This document shows positions 49,390 to 61,815 of a stretch of DNA of 64,000 nt, in pieces (the stretch's first letter is position 1; each line of letters starts with the position of its first letter). The translations under genes were made by a program, and so were the position numbers. The DNA comes from Glycera tridactyla (lineage: Eukaryota): contig OZ286461.1 in assembly GCA_965644265.1 (NCBI GenBank), positions 84,382,001-84,446,000 on the forward strand. Reading direction: 5' to 3'. Under the pieces are notes generated by a model. That model had not been told where the DNA came from. It saw only the letters and a program-made list of their open reading frames with translations, and searched no databases.

Positions 49390-51030
49390 TATATCTGATT
49401 GTGTTGATGGAAAGACTGCCCTTTGAAGCAGTTTTGCACTCTATTGAATTCTATCCTCACACATCACAGTTTGGACAATTCTACAATAGAATGGGAGACA
49501 TGTGACCCCCTTGACATACACCCTCCTTTTTTGTAAGATCATGCTGTTTTGCTTTTTCTGTTAGTAATGGTCAATTATCCCTTGAACAAGAGACAACCTT
49601 TAACAAAGGACCAATTTCTGAATTTGTATTCAATATTCTCTTATTTCCCTGCATCTTGGATGAATTTGTTCATGAGGAATATCCATGAATGTAGAAATGA
49701 TTTTGCTTCTGGTGTCAATTATATTTCTCATGACATTTTGACGTCCTTGCTTGATCGTTGATTCTGGCTTCAATCCTCATCTGAAATATTAGTGGTGCTT
49801 ATAGCAAGAAACCATAGGCTATGGGCCCAATGAGTTATACACAACTGCCTCATGGATTATTCAGGTGAGACTCACCGATCAGGGTTATGACTGTCGGGCC
49901 AATACCCTATTGTTTCACACTCAATATATACCACAAATTATCATTAAATCAAATTTATGAGGCATATACAAAACAGTCGAGGTACCAGTGGTCCTGACAA
50001 GTTATACATCATGCCCTGATATTCAAGGCAAACTAGCACAAATGGTGGTATATAGATGTTATCCAACTTCTCTTCAATGGAGAAATTGGCGATGCCACGT
50101 TGAGCCTTATTACATATTCTGCAGCTGTATTTGTTCTTGTCACATGATACTGTGTGGTCTGTATCTCTATGATCATATTGGCGATGAAGGCATGCCATCC
50201 AATGTCTCCTGTTCCCGATCACAAGTGCTCTTCTTATGTACAGGCATGCATCATGACAGAACTTTGAAAAGTAGTCAAAGCAAAGTCTCTCACATATTTA
50301 CTTTGTATTCGCAGTGTTCTCCAGCATATTCAACATCCTTATTTTTCTCCAAACCTAATGTTTTTCTTTGTTTCAAGAGCTGTACTTTGCACTGCTATCA
50401 TGCTTGTGAGTGTCATCCTCCTACCACTTATATACTTGCATATGCCACCAACACGTTTGATATGTTCTTGCTGATGAGGTAGAGGTGTGTCTGAACTCTC
50501 AGCTACTTCCCTTCGACAACTATTTTTTAGGCTCCCCATCATCTTGTGTTCAGAGTTTGTGTAAGTGTTGCCTGCAGGGGACAGAACATCTAGCTTTCCA
50601 TGATCAGGAACATACGGCATACTTAATTTTCTAGGTTGATACATGCTGTTAAACATTCATCAGTCAATTAATCAACTGATCAATCAATCAATCATTATAT
50701 ATATGTTGTAGCCATTTCCGTCGCTGCTTCTTCTCTGCCTGTGATTGTTGCTGCTGGTGATTCTGCTGTTGCCGACTCTGATGATGCCACTCTATGTGAA
50801 CTATTACTGCCTTCGGCAATACTGTTATGGCTGATGAATAATTTCTGTTATCGCAGCTGGTAGCTGGTGTTAGTAGACTCATTCAGAGTCAGGGCGTACC
50901 TAAAAGACAGGTGTCACATCTTGCAAGAATGGCCTCAACCTTGGATCATTATTTTAGATTATGAGCCTGTTCAAGCCCATTTAAGAAGACGCTGATTGTG
51001 GATAAATGGCCCTTTTGTTTCTGCCTGATA

Positions 51031-51263
51031 TACTGTAAATCGCCTAATATACGCACAGTGGGCAAAGGCATTGCCAAGTGCCATGTGTGTCTATATTCAG
51101 AACTGTGTTCAACCAGGTGAAGACTGACAGATCTTTTGTTTTTCATTAAAGATACACAAATATTGGGGTTAACATGTGTTCCACTGATCATCACAGTGGA
51201 CGAGTTGAAATTATCGGGTGTGGGTCTAGATGGGTATGGTCGTGTATACGGCAATATACGGTA
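51031..51263. mobile_element. MITE family M2
   Basis: TACTGTAAATCGCC ... GGCAATATACGGTA. Confidence 0.68.
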
Positions 51264-52459
51264 CTATTTCTTGCCCTCTGAAGTCAGACTGCATTCTCAT
51301 TTATTTGTATTTCTCTTTATTATGTATTCTTCATATGTTTGCTGTTTTCCTATTCCTTTTGTGACTGATACTGATTGGTGCTAGATGAAGCTCGAATATA
51401 ATTCATCCTTATTTTCACCTTTATGCAGTCTTCAAATTTATCCACTCTCCTGGATCCTTGGGTGAGTGGATTAGATGTCGGGAGAGTGAAAGGGCCAAAC
51501 TTACTCCACCGATGGGAGAGCGGGAATTTTTCATTTGATGAGAGATTGATGGTTTCAATGTCAAGATGGGTCATCACAATTTTGACTCCACCAACAGAAA
51601 ATCCTATTCCCAGCATGGTGAGTTACTATCTACACATATATTATTCAAAAAAACAACCCCAGCACATATGGATTTGTGAGACTTTTCGTAGTGATTCACA
51701 GGACAGATAATGTGGAATTCATGTCTTGACAGGGTGTTTATTGACATGATTATCTCCCACTATAGTTTGAGCTTCTTTTCAATTTTGAACTTCCACAAAT
51801 TTGTGAGAGTGAATATATTTTCAGAAGAGTGATTCATATAATCTGCACTCTCGATGGGAGAGTGAATGAAAATGTTTTTTGTGAATATGTTTTTGAGTGT
51901 TATATGTGCTCCTTCAACTTCTCCACATCGTTAGCATTCACTGGGTCTTTAGTTATGCTGCCAACGTGATGGACTTGTAATTGCCAGTTATCTGGGAATT
52001 GTGAGCTTGATCTCAGGATGGCATTCTAATTGACAGATGAGTTATTTTGATCCTGCTAGCATCCTTTCAGATGAATATCAAATTATTCTTCCCAGATATG
52101 GGTTTAGTTTGGATTCTACATCAACNNNNNNNNNNNNNNNNNNNNNNNNNNNNNNNNNNNNNNNNNNNNNNNNNNNNNNNNNNNNNNNNNNNNNNNNNNN
52201 NNNNNNNNNNNNNNNNNNNNNNNNNNNNNNNNNNNNNNNNNNNNNNNNNNNNNNNNNNNNNNNNNNNNNNNNNNNNNNNNNNNNNNNNNNNNNNNNNNNN
52301 NNNNNNNNNNNNNNNNNNNNNNNNNNNNNNNNNTTGCCTCTTATTCTGTCTGCCTCACTCTGTCTGTCTCTGCCTCTGTCTTGGTTGCTCTCTGTCTTGC
52401 TCTCTTTCTCTCACGGTTTCTCTCACTTTGTTCTTCTTTCTCACACATGCAACCCCTCG

Positions 52460-52491
<32 letters not shown>

Positions 52492-53409
52492 GACCTACTT
52501 TTGCTTTCTCACATGCTATGACCTCATATCTCGAATTCTCACTACAGTCTAGCTGCTATCAGGCGGCAGCTACGACCTGGATGAGTGAGCCTAACATGAT
52601 GTCCGCTGTGCAGACAACAAGATGGCGGCTGAAATAAACAATCCTGACAGGTTTCTTTTTGGTCCTCAAAAGACACAATTTTGTCTTAAGAACATATTTC
52701 TATCAAGAAATAGCATGTGATAAATACACTTGCACACTCTTCGAGGAGACAGGTCACAGTCTCCTTGTTTGAGCCATCTGCATTCACCTCGCCACTTCAC
52801 GGCTTGATGAATACTGCAGCTCGAACTTGTGTGCAAGTGTATATCACTCTCATTCATTCATCAGCATTCTGAGATGAATGACAGCTAATCCAAAGTCTAC
52901 ATGCTTTTTTCTGGTGGGTCAATCCAAGGGAGGGAATTCTGTTGCAAGTCTCTGCATGTGGCTGAAACTATAGCAGGTGATAGGTCACTGATATATATGT
53001 GTGTGGGCAGTATGTCATTGTATATGCCTGGGACATACATGCTCAGAGGTCAATGAACCACAGGTGGGTTGGGGACAGGAGGCTATATCTATATATACGT
53101 ACATACCATATTCTCACACTTGACCCTCAATAGCGCCCCCCCCCCCCCCCACCCCACCCCCTCTCCCCTCCCAGGAAGAGAGAAAATTGACGCCTGGCTT
53201 TGACAGCCCCAGAGATTTGAATTTCCCGCTCTTTCTGAGTCAGCAAGGATGCCAGATCCAACCTGTCGGCCAACTTGCTGGAAGATGGCACTCAATACTT
53301 CCACTGTTGTTGGAGAATATTCGACGGAATTCTGAGATTTATGCATGGATATCATGTATTTGACTGCCAATGAATCCAATCGTTTCACTGTGGATTTGAT
53401 ATTTACTGG

Positions 53410-53762
53410 GCTACACTGGGTTGTTGTGGAGCCAATCTAGTGAGCTACACTGGGTTGTTGTGGAGCCAATCTAGTGAAGAGCCCTCTATTGAGAAAGGTT
53501 AGAGCTACACTTGGTTGTTGTGGAACCAATCTAGTGAAGAGCCCTCTATTGAGAAAGGTTGGAGCTACACTGGGTTGCTGTGGAGCCAATCTAGTGAAGA
53601 GTCCTCCATTGGGTAAGGTTGGAGCTACACTGGGTTGCTGTGGAGCCAATCTAGTGAAGAGCCCTCTACTGTGAAAAATTGGAGCTACATTGGGTTGTTG
53701 TGGAGCCAATCTAGTGAAGAGCCCTCTATTGGGAAAGGTTGGAGCTACACTGGGTTGTTGTC
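53410..53762. repeat. 60-bp minisatellite, about 5.5 copies plus a partial unit
   Basis: GAGCTACACTGGGTTGTTGTGGAGCCAATCTAGTGAAGAGCCCTCTATTGAGAAAGGTTG at an exact 60-bp period. Confidence 0.92.
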
Positions 53763-53997
53763 AATGATGGCTGGGTTGGTATGACACACTAGTGGGTACT
53801 CTGACATGATGTACAGGTGGGGATCACCATAGGGAGAGGTGCATTCTACTCACTAACACTGGTGTTTATGGCAGCTTTAGGCGTGTAAAACCTGCCTATA
53901 GACATGATGAGTGTAGGCATTTACTAGAGGCTGATCCTCCACCTTCATTAACCAGGATATCCCCAGGTTTAAACTGATACTCCTCGCTGACATTCAC

Positions 53998-54830
53998 CAT
54001 GACGATGACAATGACAATATCTTTATTGGCGTTACTCAGCAAACAGGACATATACAATTTCCAGTGGTAATACATGCATTCAGACACTATGGTCTGATTT
54101 TTCTGAAACCATTCCTCAACCCGTCATTAAGTTAAAAGGCCATAAAGCTACATGGGAATATACATTGATTTAATTTGCTGTCTAATATAGAAATATATAT
54201 GACGATGTGAATAATACTGATGTATATGCTAATTTTTACAGGGTATGAGTGCAGTATGGAGAGAGGGATAAAATAATGTTAACATTCTATTGTGACTCTA
54301 CCGATATGTCCCAAAATATTGATATAGCATTGTAACTGTAATGATGTATGGTGGATAAAACATATAACAAAAGACAAGACAACTTATTATCTGTTCACTG
54401 GGACATCATGTACAGTAAAACCTGTCTTGAGTGAAAAGTCACAGGACCAAATTTTTCTTCCACTTAGGATAGGATTTTGCTTAGTGCAGGACAATTATAG
54501 TGAGAAAAAAATATCCTGGCAGACCGTGGGGGTATGTGCTGAAGACAGGATTTCACCTAGCACAGGTTTACACTCAAGCAGGTTTCACTGTATCTTTGGA
54601 TAAAGGCTGATTTGAAAGATTCGTTTGTCCGCTTTGCCCTCATCTTGACAGGTATACTGTTTCTTACTTTTGGTCCAATTATATGCATGCTCATTTTGAA
54701 GCATCAACTGGATGTTTGTCATATGTTTGCTTTTTGTACAAATGCCTTGTCTGATGGCATTAATGTAGACTTCCATGACAGTGTCCGACTGGTTACATAG
54801 ATGAAAATGTCATGCTCAGATTATCTGTGT
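53998..54830 (-). mobile_element. Degenerate CR1-group LINE 3' fragment, interrupted by a MITE at 54413-54590
   Basis: The minus frame reads FKMSMHIIGPKVRNSIPVKMRAKRTNESFKSAF, similar to the C-termini of copies A and B. AATAAA (54022-54027) is followed by a short GTCATT-type tail. Confidence 0.65.
54413..54590. mobile_element. CAGT-type MITE subfamily M1b, inserted in a LINE remnant
   Basis: TA|CAGTAAAACCTG ... CAGGTTTCACTG|TA; inverted relative to 49214-49389. Confidence 0.78.
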
Positions 54831-54934
54831 TATTCATATAGGTAAAAATGTGTCTGAACTAATAGCTACTTCCTCCTGACAAATTTGTGGTTCTGAACAT
54901 CTTGTGTTCAGGGTCTGTGAGAGTGAGGCTTGCA

Positions 54935-55115
54935 GGTGATGATGATGTTGGTGGTGGTGGTGGTGGTAGGGTTGTTGTTGTTGTTGTTGTTGTTGTTGTT
55001 GATGGTGGTGGTGGTGGTGGTGCAGCTGTTGCTGGTGGTACTGGTGGGGTTGATGGTGGTAATGGTGGCGGTGCTGCTGCTGGTGGCTGTGGTGGTGTTT
55101 GTAATGGTGGTGCTA
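54935..55115. repeat. Compound triplet repeat (GAT/GGT/GTT/GCT)n
   Basis: Direct reading. Confidence 0.88.
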
Positions 55116-55299
55116 TTTCTACAACCTGGACCAACAAAGACCACCACACCCATACACAACTGACTCTTCCTATTAACCCCAGGTCTGTGTTCAGGTTGAT
55201 CAACATGAAAGGAGAAGCTCATTGAGTGTCTAATCGATGACATAGATGCCAGGGAATTGGACCCAAGTTTATATTTTATTGGCCAGTACCTCCGGTATA

Positions 55300-55803
55300 C
55301 AGTGAAACCTCTTCTGGGAGACCACCCTCTTTTGAGAGACTGCTTTTCATTGGTTTATTTCTACTTGGCATAATTATATAGAATGCCCCGAGTGCCGCGT
55401 CCATGGAGAGCTTACACGTCAAGTGGCGGGGCCCCGGGAATGCACAAGTGGCAGGAGGCGGCACGAGGGGTATTCTGTATTAATCATCTGATAAATGGAT
55501 AGAAGAATGTAATACCTACACAGATCGAACGCGCAACGCTGCCAGTTGACCCTTGACCTTGATTGTTCTATGGCCAATCAGCGGTGGCATACGAACGTGA
55601 CACGACCAGGGAATGGGTTATACCATGAGGAGTATAACCTCTGAGGTTATACAATTCCTATGTACGTACAGGGTGGACGACTGTTATATACACGCTACAA
55701 GTGATATCGGATGATAATCAGATATACCTCTAATGAGAGACCACCTCTTTTGAGAGACCGCTTTTGGTTGGCATTTCGGGCGGTCTCCCAAAAGAGGTTT
55801 TAC
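55300..55803. mobile_element. MITE M1 split by a nested insertion of about 340 bp (55375-55713)
   Basis: The left and right halves rejoin to give the M1 consensus. Confidence 0.72.
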
Positions 55804-56084
55804 TATATTATTGGTGGTTTTATCATAAAATACATCACCTTGAATATCAGTAGAAGGGTAAAGGGTATATGGATGGTGCTGCTTTCACTGCAGAGGGAAA
55901 TGCAGGGGTCAATCCCATATTCTCCCAAATTAGAGAAATTCATTCTTATGAGTGTTTTCACTGTGAGTTTGATATTTCTTGGGTTATTCATCGCGGCAAA
56001 CTACATCTGAATACACACTGACCAGTGAGAGTGGTCATGCAGACGCCACTCATTTTGGGGCAAATATTCATTGTATCCTGGTAG

Positions 56085-56285
56085 CTTTATCACTTTCTCT
56101 CCTTTATGACACAAATAGGACCAAAGAAATACTTTCATTAAATGTCTCTTTCACCAGCCACTGGTGTTTGTTCACCAAAATACCCAATTATTGCCCATCG
56201 GCAATTTTTTGACATCTTGAAAAAATAAGCACCCACTTTCTTGATTAGCAAGCACCCCGGGGTGCTAATTCGGGAGAATATGGTA
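56085..56285 (+). mobile_element. Second copy of the same element end
   Basis: Aligns with 495-698. Confidence 0.6.
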
Positions 56286-57925
56286 TCATTCTGTGCCTGG
56301 CCTGAAGCAAAAAACAAAGGTAACCAGAGATCAAGCCTTGATAAAGGAATACTTCTACTTTGATATCCCAGGTGTTGGAATATGAGTTATTAACATCGCC
56401 ACACCCTTCTCATATTGGGCTTGTACAGCATGGCTGTGAGCAATAAATAATTTACAAGCGCTGTTCATATTCTGCCTGAAATACTAGCAGATAATTGGTT
56501 CCAAGATATGAAGGTCGTACTAATATCTCTCATATTCCCACACACCTACTCTTTCTTGACTGGCAAGAGTACTGCATTAGAAAAGCCATGGTGGAATTCC
56601 CCAGATAATCTCCAGCCAAAAGAAATATTCCTATGTGCTGGGAGCAGTGATGATCAACCATAAACCGGAATCTTGCTGGTCATGGTAATGGTAAACTCTG
56701 TCAAATCCAAATGTGCCGGGTACGTTCCAGACGATAAATTTTCCATTTTTTCCAGTTTTAATGGCACAAATGTGTTGTATAGGTCTTCCGGCGTTAATCA
56801 GACCTGGTTTCAGGTAATCTGCAAATTGAAGAGGATTACGCCATCATTTCATTGCATTTTTTAAGCAAATCCGCTGGCGTAGTTGTCTAATCTTTCCTAT
56901 GTGAAACAATGGAGATACAGCTGCCACACCTGCAGCAAAACCAGCATGAAATTGACATATTTGGTGTTCTAAGGTGAAATAAACAGGTGAACCTTGCCAT
57001 GATCACATTTCTTGTCGTCTGAGATGTCAACAATGTCTGTCTGTAAGTATCATTTCAATTTGAAGCAAATTTGCAATGCTAGGCCAAAAAAAATGTACCC
57101 GCCACAATTAAGTTTGACAGACTTTAGGAATGGTTGTTTCAGTTGAGAAAATGTTGTCATTGAATTACAACCTAGGGTGATTACTCTTATATTGACATCA
57201 CAAAATCTTCACCAGCAGCACCAGAAAATGACACCTTGCAGTGAGTGACCAGTTCTCACCACCACTCCCTGCCTTGCTCTCTTTCTTACACTCTTTCTTT
57301 CTTTATTCATTGAATTTTATTGATTAGAGCGTTTTACTTCCAGACTATTCTAGGCCAACAGCCCTAGTTTTTGCACCTTTCCATTTTGTCATGTAGAATG
57401 CGATCCATGTAGACAGGTGAATTATGTGGAGAGGTCAGTTTTCATGAATAGAATACTATTGGATTTATCTTAGGAGTAACAATTATAGTTGGTAGACTTT
57501 CATACTGTGATGGCCTTCGGCACAGCTCCCTCTGCATACTCAGCATGTATCTATGATTCTTTCTGGTGAGTATTTCAAGGATGCTCATTTAGAACAGAAA
57601 GAAAGGAATTGTGAATTCTCCTATGTTTGATGGAGAGATTGTGTCTGCCCTGGTCTCTGTTGAGTGTTGGCTCCTCTCGTTGGATGAAGTCATTGAAATC
57701 ATTTGACTAGCCTTCATCCACCAATATGATTGCACTAATTGATCTTTCACTGTATAACATCCACGCATGTGTGTTCCGGTGAGGTTTTCGTATGATCCTC
57801 TAAACTATATGGCTCATATAAAGAATTTGATCGTGAATTCAGTACACAAAGAAAAGGCAGGGCCAATGGAATGTTATATGTGATCTTGATTCGTTGAGGA
57901 ATGGTTTCCTGGGTCTTGTGATTCC

Positions 57926-58921
57926 CTTTTTGGCACGCATGCGGAGCAAAATGCGTGTCTATGTAATGGCGCAGATTCTGTCTGTCTGGCCGTCCGGCCG
58001 TCTGGCCACTACTCTGTAACTAATCAAGCAATATTTCTGAAATTTCGCAATCATAAAGATCATGGGCGGCAGAATACTGGGTATCAATGTTGTTCCAATA
58101 ACTTTCATGGAAGATGAGTTATTCAGGCTGGAATCCTGGGGGGGGGGGGGGCGGTGGCAATTGCAGCGGGATTGATTGCACCTGGGTTGGGTTGGGGGGG
58201 GGGGGGGGGGCTAGGACAGTGAGAGGAGCAATGGCAGGGGCGGAAAGAGCCTATCAAATGCCTGTGACCTTGACCTTCATTTTGAAGGTCATGACCTTGA
58301 CTTTGAAAACTTCAATCTACATCCATCAAATTTCTGCCAGACATGCACCAATGAATGGGGGACAATCCCATCGAATGTGGCTGACCTCGACTTTCACCTC
58401 AAGGTCATGACCTTGACATTCATGACATGACATGAGAACGCTTGGAGCTACATTCACCAGATCTACACCATATATGCACCACTGAAAGCAAAAAAAGCCT
58501 ATCAAATGTCAGTGACCTTGACCTTCATCTTTCAGGTCATGACCTTGACTTTGAAATCTTCAAGCTACATCCATCAAATTTCTGCCAGATATGTACCAAT
58601 GAATGGGGATAATCCCATCAAATGTGGTTGACCTCATCCTTCGCCTTTGAGGTCATGACCTTGACATTAAAAATACTTTGTTACTTCAATAACATGAGAA
58701 TGCTTGGAGCTACATTCACCAGATTTACACCATATATGCACCATTGAAAGAAAAAGTAGCCCATCAAATGGCAAGTGACCTTGATCTCCATCTCCCGGGT
58801 CATGACCTTGTTACTGCAATAACTTGAGAATGATTGGAGCAAAAGATTATGCTTGCTAGATTCAGCTGCTTGGATGAATTAGCGGCGCACATGCGTGCCA
58901 TTTGTACATTTATGCCTTGTT
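57926..58921 (+). mobile_element. HINE/Pearl-like family H3 with TGACCTT-rich tandem cores
   Basis: 5' TGGCACGCATG (57931-57941) with a nearby inverted partner ATGCGTGTC, short CTGT/CCGT repeats and about two long cores rich in TGACCTTGA. 3' CATGCGTGCCA (58890-58900) and a CTTGTT end. Confidence 0.75.
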
Positions 58922-58929
58922 TCAATCTA

Positions 58930-59090
58930 CAGTGAGACCTGTGATAGACCACCCTGAATGTTAACAAAAAGTGGTCTCGTAAAAGAAGTGGTCTCCTGTC
59001 AGAGGTATATTTGACAATGACAAACAGGAATGTGGTCCTGTGGACGTGGTCTCCCATTGAAGGTGGTCTCTTGTCGCAGGTTTCGCCTTT
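58930..59090. mobile_element. MITE M1
   Basis: TA|CAGTGAGACCTG and internal GTGGTCTC repeats; the right TIR is degenerate. Confidence 0.68.
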
Positions 59091-59764
59091 CTATTTTCTA
59101 CTGAGACAAGAAAATAAGTTGACATGCTGATGAGACATATTATATTGAACTGAGCGTATGCTGGACCATCAATCCAGTCTGTTGTAAAGGGGGTATATAA
59201 TGAGATTGGGGGCATGGTATGACATGGGAGTGATTGCTGGTTATGACAGCGATTGACGATCACATGATCGGTGCGCTCGTAATGAGATGGACTACGCAGA
59301 TGATCGCGGGAGATAGAGGACCTGTCGCTTTCATTCTGCGTTCATCAGTCATCGTCGCACGGCTGGTAGTCGGTGCTGGAGAGAGGCGCATTGTGTGTCG
59401 CTTGTAATCAATGGGAAACTCATTTTGCTGCATGGAACCTGGCTGATATTGGGGTCAGTTATGGTCGGATTGAGGTTAACTATGAGACTAGAGGGGATTG
59501 GTGAATGTGACACCTCGTCCAAAGTGCCATTCATGTTTGACAATCCATGCCTACACGAGACAAGGTGACATGCGTGAAAGAATGAACCAGGTCCATCATT
59601 GGCATTTGTTGGATGTCGTTATCTTAGACAATAAAATCTGAAAATATAGAAATAAAAATCTACCCTCAAGTTGAGGCTGTATATTGAATGTTTTTCTCAT
59701 GATGTCCTCATGTTAGGTCTGAGCTATTGACGGATGGATAATGAATGTAACATGGAAACACTGT

Positions 59765-60150
59765 TCATTATGCCCTGCAGTGTGTTACACCGGAGGGGCA
59801 TTATGTTTTCGAATCAACCCCGGTGTAGGTTGGTGGGTGGGTGGGTGAATGATGGTTCCTGAACAATAACTCAAACATTTTTGCAAAGATTTTTCACCCA
59901 GATGTCTATATCGTCAATGATCTGCATGAGGACCCTGGAAATCACCTAATCGGCTTTCACGATCATGTTTGTAGGATCCATCACACTCAGCTAGCAAACC
60001 CTGTTCCCTCTAAATAAATATGTCTGTGTGGGTTTCCAAAGATGGCATCTAGTTCCTATGATGACATTCACCCACATATCGTAGACTTTGGCAAATAGTC
60101 CACGATGATGTTTTCCGACTAGATAGAATAGTCATACTTGCTCATTCCAT
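59765..60150 (+). mobile_element. HINE-like 5' fragment
   Basis: Head inverted repeat TTATGCCC..GGGGCATTATGTTTTC followed by (GGGT)n and ATAACTC. The 3' end was not found. Confidence 0.45.
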
Positions 60151-60614
60151 CAGTGTCCACAGTGAACAATGTTAGCACATCTATAACAAAAAGTCATCAT
60201 TTCCTCTCCACTAAATATCCACTACAACAGGCTGATGTTGCTTGTGGAGCAGTCAATATTCTGCATCACATCCAGGCGTTGTGGTGCCATTCATGCCATG
60301 CTTATGTCATCCTGTGGGTTATCATCACACCCACATTTTATATGATAATTCCCGCCCTCTCCTGGGACCAATTCCATGTAAATATTGAGCAATCCCATAA
60401 TGCAGCCCACCATGTTTATGGCAGCTGCACATTAATCACTATTGACTCTTGGTGACATTGCTAGTGGTCTGTTGGGTGGCTTATGAGTGACATTTGTAGA
60501 TCACTTAACTACTCTGTATATTTAATGGTAGAGTAAAACCTGTGACAAACGACCACCGTAAAAAGCAAGAAAAAGTGGTCGCTCAAGACAGGTGGTCGAG
60601 TTTACATCGATATA

Positions 60615-61619
60615 CAGTCAAACCTCCACTAACGACCACCTCCAGAGAGTGACCACCTCCTCGTAGCAACTGCCCATGACCGTGACCAACGTATTCTTCA
60701 CTACAATTGACATCTATATAGAGACCACCTCCTACCTCCGACCAGCGACCCCCATGTTCGGTTTGCAAATTGCCCGATAACGACTGCCTGGCCGTACCCG
60801 ATACCGGGATATGTGCTCAGCTCGCCCGCTAACTGCTCACATCATATCCACCAATACCATCTTTTAACGACCGCCAAGTGGCCGGCCAGGATCGTCTGCA
60901 CTTGAGACCGTGAAATGAGCTCAGCTTGCCTGCTTGCTGCTCAAACCCTTGCCGCCAAACCCTTCTAATGACCGCCTACGCTGTACCCGAAACCATGAAA
61001 TGTGCTCAGCTCACATACTTTCTGCTCGGCCGGGATTGTCCGTACCTGAGACCGTGAAATGTACTCAGCTTGCCTGCTCGCTGCTCACATCCTAGCCGCC
61101 AACCCCTTCTAGCGACTGCCATGTGGCCGGCTGTGATTGTCCATGCCTGAACTTGTGAATCGTTACCATTTCCTTCATATCTCTCCAATCTATCATCATA
61201 CCACGAAAGATCACCTTCTAGAAACCTCACATACGGCTCCATGTTCGAAAAAAATTAGAAAAATACGAGTTTCGTTTGTTCATCTTGGTAGTAGTTGAAT
61301 ACACTAATGGCAGACATGCACTCACTTGTGGGATGTGAGGAACTAATCTATCATGCTGCTGGTGAAAATGTCGATATTTCATCAAATTGGGTTATATTAT
61401 AAGTGAATACAACTGAAAAACATTGATTTTGTGATATTTATTGATGATAGCGAGATCAGATTCATCCTCGCTTGGAGACGATATGGTGAAAGTGGCATAC
61501 TCGTGAACTGTCACTTATTGACACACAGTCATGTGTGAATGTATTTTTCATCACAACCTCTCCATAGCGGCCACCTCTGGTGTGCGACCGAGGGTGGTCG
61601 TTATAGGGAGGTTCGACTG
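60615..61619. mobile_element. About 1-kb non-autonomous pogo/Tigger-like element with internal subrepeats
   Basis: TA-flanked TIRs CAGTCAAACCTCC..AACGACCACC / GGTGGTCGTT..GGAGGTTCGACTG. Internal GAGACCGTGAAATG.GCTCAGCT blocks are repeated. Confidence 0.75.
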
Positions 61620-61635
61620 TATGCCAAATACGCCT

Positions 61636-61815
61636 ATACACCTCAAGTGGTCATTTGTCGCAGGTAATCGTTACCATTTAGGCCGGTCGCTGGTCACATT
61701 AGACAGGTGGTCACTCAGCAGAGACCATTTCAGAAGTATTTGGCATTTTGGCAGAAAAAACCTTGTTCAAGAGAGGTGGTCACTCGTTGGGGGTCACTTG
61801 TGTCAGGTTTCACTG
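61636..61815. mobile_element. MITE M1-related
   Basis: GGTGGTCACT repeats and right TIR CAGGTTTCACTG|TA. Confidence 0.6.

Noticed and set aside
53410-53762. CRISPR-like array
   Set aside because: The would-be spacers are near-identical variants, so this is a minisatellite. The context is eukaryotic with no cas genes.
54859-55243. Pro/Thr-rich and Gly/Val-rich ORFs on both strands, one with a possible acceptor
   Set aside because: Triplet repeats leave all frames open, and the 3' part is an R1 repeat fragment.
59318-59352. Hammerhead-like CTGATGA..GAAA on the minus strand
   Set aside because: The 9 nt between the core halves do not form stem II, and there is no PLE context.
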